Below are positions 60,193 to 64,000 of a stretch of 64,000 nt of DNA, piece after piece (the stretch's first letter is position 1; each line of letters starts with the position of its first letter). The translations under genes and the position numbers were made by a program. The stretch comes from a virus. The stretch lies in IMG/VR virus record IMGVR_UViG_3300042691_033239, positions 5,650 to 69,649 of that record; one strand, given 5' to 3'. Below the pieces are notes generated by a model. It saw only the letters and a list, made by a program, of their open reading frames with translations, made no database searches and was not told where the DNA came from.

Positions 60193-63084
60193 TTATCCAA
60201 TTTCGTAAGATTTTATAGGTAAAATTTCATCAGTAATTACCAGTTCAAATTGAACCCATAAATCAACAGATATATCTTGATTACCCTCAAATGGAATATC
60301 AAATCCAGAAGTTGATAAACCAATTAATCCCTGCACAGGCTCATCAGTAATATTATTATTTGTATAAGATGAAGTGATAAAATGCTCAAAACCTCTTGAT
60401 GGAAATTTTAGCCCTTTTCCGGTGGTTCCAGATAGCCAAGTTGAATAGCTTACGGTAGTAATGCCGATGTCATAACTCATTTCATATAAATGACTTCCTA
60501 ATGAATATGCAAGTCCATTTCTAGACCCACTTAATAAGAGGTAAACGCCTTCATTTCCAGATGGATCTGTTGTTATATTTCCAGAAAGCAATGACACGGA
60601 ATTCAATACATTTCTTTGCAAGCTATTTTTTGCATTTGTCAAATCATAATTTAAATTAGTTCCCATAGTTGCCGCAAGATGCAAATTATAAAAACTTCCT
60701 TCCTGAGATGTTACATAATTAAAATTAAAATTAGATAATGAATCATTGCTATTATTCAATGAATATAAATGACTTCTTTTTACAAATGTTTGAAAATTAA
60801 CTTCTGAACCGTGTATATTCCATGGATAAGGATCTCCACTATCCACTTGATTCCATGATGTGTCTAATTGAGTTTGTAAAAACGGAAATGAATCTTTTTG
60901 TGGCTGTGAATAATAATGGCCGCCAATTCCGTTTCGCGTACTAAAATCAGGCAAACTTTCTGATAACAAACTTATACTAACCAATGGAGGAAGATCATTA
61001 TCAACCCTTGTCTGAGGAGAACCATCATCTGAGTAAATTCTCAGAGGAAAATCTTTACCAAATTCAGTATCTATAAAATAAAATCTTTGCAATGCATAAT
61101 ATCGTATTGAATCTTCCTGTGATATTGTATTTATATTATCATTTGATGCGGAATACTCATAAGGATCCAATATCGGTAAAATAAATGAATTAACCATATT
61201 AGAATTTGAAAATTGCCTAACGCTTGCATTTTCAGAAGACATTGGCATATTCATTGATATATCAACGTCTTCTGGTTTATCCCTCATGATTAATCGAGAA
61301 TCTGCATAATTATCTCCCATAAAAAATGATGGATTTAGTCCTTCAATAACGGTCCAATCGGGATCTATTACGTCAGCAATAGATATACTACCCAGACCAT
61401 AATAAAACAATCCTTCGTGTATTTTCATTGAAGTCAAAACATTTCCATTATATCTTTCTGGGGTTAATATACCCATTTGTCGATATTTTGCTTGATCTGT
61501 CGTAAATGTATTTGAATCTGTTTGGGATCCTGAATAGTTTACAGAAAGAGGTTCTGGAAACTTTGTATAGCCTAGCCCAAAAAATCCAGGTAATTGCCAA
61601 TTTGTCTGCAAATACGTAGGTGTTATATCTATATGACCCGAAAACTGCCTAGCGGTTTCATAGATTCCAGTATCCTCATAATCATCCTCAAAAGGTACGC
61701 ACAAAGATACGTTTCTTCTATTTTTATACGAATTTCCACCCATTGTATAAAAGTGAACTGGTGTATAATAATTATGAACAGCATATGCAGGCCATGGAGT
61801 ATTATCCCTTTCCATGCCCTGGCCTATAATGTAACGGTTGGATTCAATTCGGTTAACAAATCCAAATCGCTCATCGCTTGAAGCAAGCCTTCGCATTGCA
61901 TAATCATATTTAGCGCCATGAACAATAGAATTGAATCTAAAACTCACTCTTGTGGCAAGAGGAATCCCATTTTGAGTACCGGAACAAAGAATAAAATTAT
62001 GAAATGATGATTTATCAAAATATTGTTCTATATTTGTTACATTATAATTTCTTGTTGATAATATTTCATTAAATAAATTTGTCCCATCACCAATTTCAAT
62101 TAATCTAAAACTTGGTGAATGAATTAGCCTGCCGGAATCCTCTATCATTGAGGGATCTGTCGCTACAATTGTAGACCCATAATCCTGCCTAGTCAAAGAT
62201 GAATCTGGTCTAAAATGCTTTCCAAAAGTTTCTGTTTCTGACAGATCTCTTATTGCGCCTAAAGATGCGAACTTTTCAGCCTGAGTGTTTCCGACAAAAC
62301 TATTGCTTCCGGAAAACTCAATATGCATATCCGGAACTTCGGTGATGAAATCCTGCGAAGGCAAATATCCAATTGTCTTTGCCCTTCCTATTCTATCTTC
62401 ATCATAAACTCGATTTGAGCCATCGTCCGTACCAGAAGATAAATCCCAATTCGCCTGCGGCCAATACAGAGGTTGAACTGGCGTGGTAATGTTCAATGTA
62501 CCAGATTGTAAATTTCCATTCGCATCAGGATTTGTTATTCTAATATAGCTAGGATTTTGGAATGCCAAGGTATCAGAATTCTGAATAACTATTCCACTGT
62601 TTGCCTGATTATTCAGAGGATCAACTAATCTGCTTGGTTGCTCGCCAGACCTTTTTAGAGATAGTAGTTTTTGATTCAGTGGTAGTTTATATGTAAGGGC
62701 ATTGCCTTGATATTTACCATCACCAGAAAGTCTTACAGAAGCACCATATTCATTGAGAGGGTCATACTTGTCCGTTGCTTCTTCATATAAAATAGGCGCA
62801 TCAAGTTGATAACTTAAAAATGGAGATCCCCACGGAGATGTCGCTACCTTCATTCCTAAAGAAAAATTAGCAGGATAAAGATCGGTATCAAGAATATTAG
62901 AATCGCCATTTGGCGTGGCAACCATATTAAGATAGATAATATTTTCATTATCTAATGTAACAAATGAGCCATTTCCGTCAGATACTAATCGTGGTCTATC
63001 TTTTAAAACATCGTATCTTCCTTCTATTATAGAAACATTTGCAGTGATATCTATAATAGAATTTAACTGTGGATCTCTTTTCAT
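60193..63084 (-). CDS. probable virion structural protein
   Basis: 963-aa ORF, S/N/D-rich, in the structural block. Confidence 0.65.
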   Translation of the reverse strand: MKRDPQLNSIIDITANVSIIEGRYDVLKDRPRLVSDGNGSFVTLDNENIIYLNMVATPNGDSNILDTDLYPANFSLGMKVATSPWGSPFLSYQLDAPILYEEATDKYDPLNEYGASVRLSGDGKYQGNALTYKLPLNQKLLSLKRSGEQPSRLVDPLNNQANSGIVIQNSDTLAFQNPSYIRITNPDANGNLQSGTLNITTPVQPLYWPQANWDLSSGTDDGSNRVYDEDRIGRAKTIGYLPSQDFITEVPDMHIEFSGSNSFVGNTQAEKFASLGAIRDLSETETFGKHFRPDSSLTRQDYGSTIVATDPSMIEDSGRLIHSPSFRLIEIGDGTNLFNEILSTRNYNVTNIEQYFDKSSFHNFILCSGTQNGIPLATRVSFRFNSIVHGAKYDYAMRRLASSDERFGFVNRIESNRYIIGQGMERDNTPWPAYAVHNYYTPVHFYTMGGNSYKNRRNVSLCVPFEDDYEDTGIYETARQFSGHIDITPTYLQTNWQLPGFFGLGYTKFPEPLSVNYSGSQTDSNTFTTDQAKYRQMGILTPERYNGNVLTSMKIHEGLFYYGLGSISIADVIDPDWTVIEGLNPSFFMGDNYADSRLIMRDKPEDVDISMNMPMSSENASVRQFSNSNMVNSFILPILDPYEYSASNDNINTISQEDSIRYYALQRFYFIDTEFGKDFPLRIYSDDGSPQTRVDNDLPPLVSISLLSESLPDFSTRNGIGGHYYSQPQKDSFPFLQTQLDTSWNQVDSGDPYPWNIHGSEVNFQTFVKRSHLYSLNNSNDSLSNFNFNYVTSQEGSFYNLHLAATMGTNLNYDLTNAKNSLQRNVLNSVSLLSGNITTDPSGNEGVYLLLSGSRNGLAYSLGSHLYEMSYDIGITTVSYSTWLSGTTGKGLKFPSRGFEHFITSSYTNNNITDEPVQGLIGLSTSGFDIPFEGNQDISVDLWVQFELVITDEILPIKSYEIG

Positions 63085-63147
63085 ATTTTTATATTGCCTT
63101 ATATAATAAGTTATCTATATTTTATAGATAGACCATTATAGCAATTT

Positions 63148-63807
63148 TTATATGACTTGGAAACCCCTATTTTCAAATTGAGGAGTTAGGTTTGGCAACC
63201 AAGGAATACAATCAAATTTTCTGTTCGTCAAAGAATGATGATATACAACGCCAACATCTTTTGTTCCTATTTTAAGACCCGGAGAAACAATTTGTTTTTC
63301 TGGAGAATTTGTAATTACTTTTATAATATTATGTTCATTACATAATTGCTCTGTTAATTCAGATACAGAAAATGCCAATTCGCTATCCAGAGTAAATACA
63401 AATGGATATTGATTTCCCGGCTGTTCAATAATTTCAACATTATATCCATTATTTTTAAGCTTTGTGTGCAATTTTACCATTTCTTGATAATATCTATTTT
63501 TTCCTATCTCGGTAGCGCCTGGCAAATAAACAACAGGCTGGGCTATGCAAACACCAATAGTTAAGTTATTCCATGGAGATCCTGCATGACCTGCTCTTTT
63601 CACTTTGGGGTCAACACATTCAAATGTCCAGTTCTTATCAATAACATAGTTATACCATCCGCCCGAATTTGGTCGGTTAATGTAATTCACTGTGCTTTCC
63701 GCGAAGGAATGTCCCGCCGACCAATGAAGAACAATTCCTTGCCATCTGTGACCTACTGCCCTATTTGATCCGTATCTGAAATTTTCTACTTTTGTGTATG
63801 GATGCAT
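63148..63807 (-). CDS. N-acetylmuramoyl-L-alanine amidase (Amidase_2-like endolysin)
   Basis: GIVLHWSAG, YNYVID, AGHAG..WN..TIGV and YHH....KFDC Zn-amidase motifs. Confidence 0.8.
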   Translation of the reverse strand: MHPYTKVENFRYGSNRAVGHRWQGIVLHWSAGHSFAESTVNYINRPNSGGWYNYVIDKNWTFECVDPKVKRAGHAGSPWNNLTIGVCIAQPVVYLPGATEIGKNRYYQEMVKLHTKLKNNGYNVEIIEQPGNQYPFVFTLDSELAFSVSELTEQLCNEHNIIKVITNSPEKQIVSPGLKIGTKDVGVVYHHSLTNRKFDCIPWLPNLTPQFENRGFQVI

Positions 63808-63870
63808 TTTAATTACAATCTCTAATAATATTTGCTTATTGCATTTAAATAGAATCTAATTTAATAAGTT

Positions 63871-64000
63871 TTAACCAAAAGCAGCTACGTTAGCTAAAGT
63901 ACGATCTATTTCTTCTTTAATTTCAATACGAATATCAGATGGAATTAAGGTGGATCCGACAATCATGGTAGCTCCCATGGTATATTCACCCTTTGGTTCA
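63871..64000 (-). CDS. 3' end of an upstream gene (partial)
   Basis: Manual translation ...EPKGEYTMGATMIVGSTLIPSDIRIEIKEEIDRTLANVAAFG*, stop at 63871-63873. Confidence 0.55.
   Translation of the reverse strand, partial: EPKGEYTMGATMIVGSTLIPSDIRIEIKEEIDRTLANVAAFG

Noticed and set aside
1-64000. Stop-codon reassignment, tRNA genes or group I introns, as found in some large phages
   Set aside because: Core genes are intact under the standard code, coding density is high, and I saw no cloverleaf or intron-sized gap. A covariance-model scan would be needed to exclude small RNAs.

Overview
This is a fragment of an AT-rich, large T4-like (probably jumbo) tailed phage genome. It is almost fully coding, mostly on the minus strand, and uses the standard code. 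It carries the head module: gp23-like major capsid, scaffold, gp21-like prohead protease with a 149-aa mini-intein, gp20-like portal and gp17-like terminase. A divergent ribosomal protein bS21 homolog lies among the head genes. Also present are a Zn-finger/endonuclease/DNA methyltransferase fusion, a RuvC-like nuclease, a fused SbcD-SbcC, a second phosphoesterase, a possible holin/spanin pair, an amidase and a long block of probable baseplate/tail genes. Small sigma70-promoter cassettes (HD hydrolase, lipoprotein, DUF6915-like) are interspersed. The most notable observation is that at least five non-structural-looking proteins share an N-terminal tag, (L/I)KxYIKxxx[IL]xE, ending in a T4 gp21-type cleavage motif. 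They are one ADP-ribosyltransferase-like enzyme and four paralogous 'G-x-x-[TS]-x-WC[IV]S' proteins. This suggests a capsid-targeted, injected effector set. No tRNA, rRNA or CRISPR array was recognised. All family assignments come from motif recognition by eye, not database searches.
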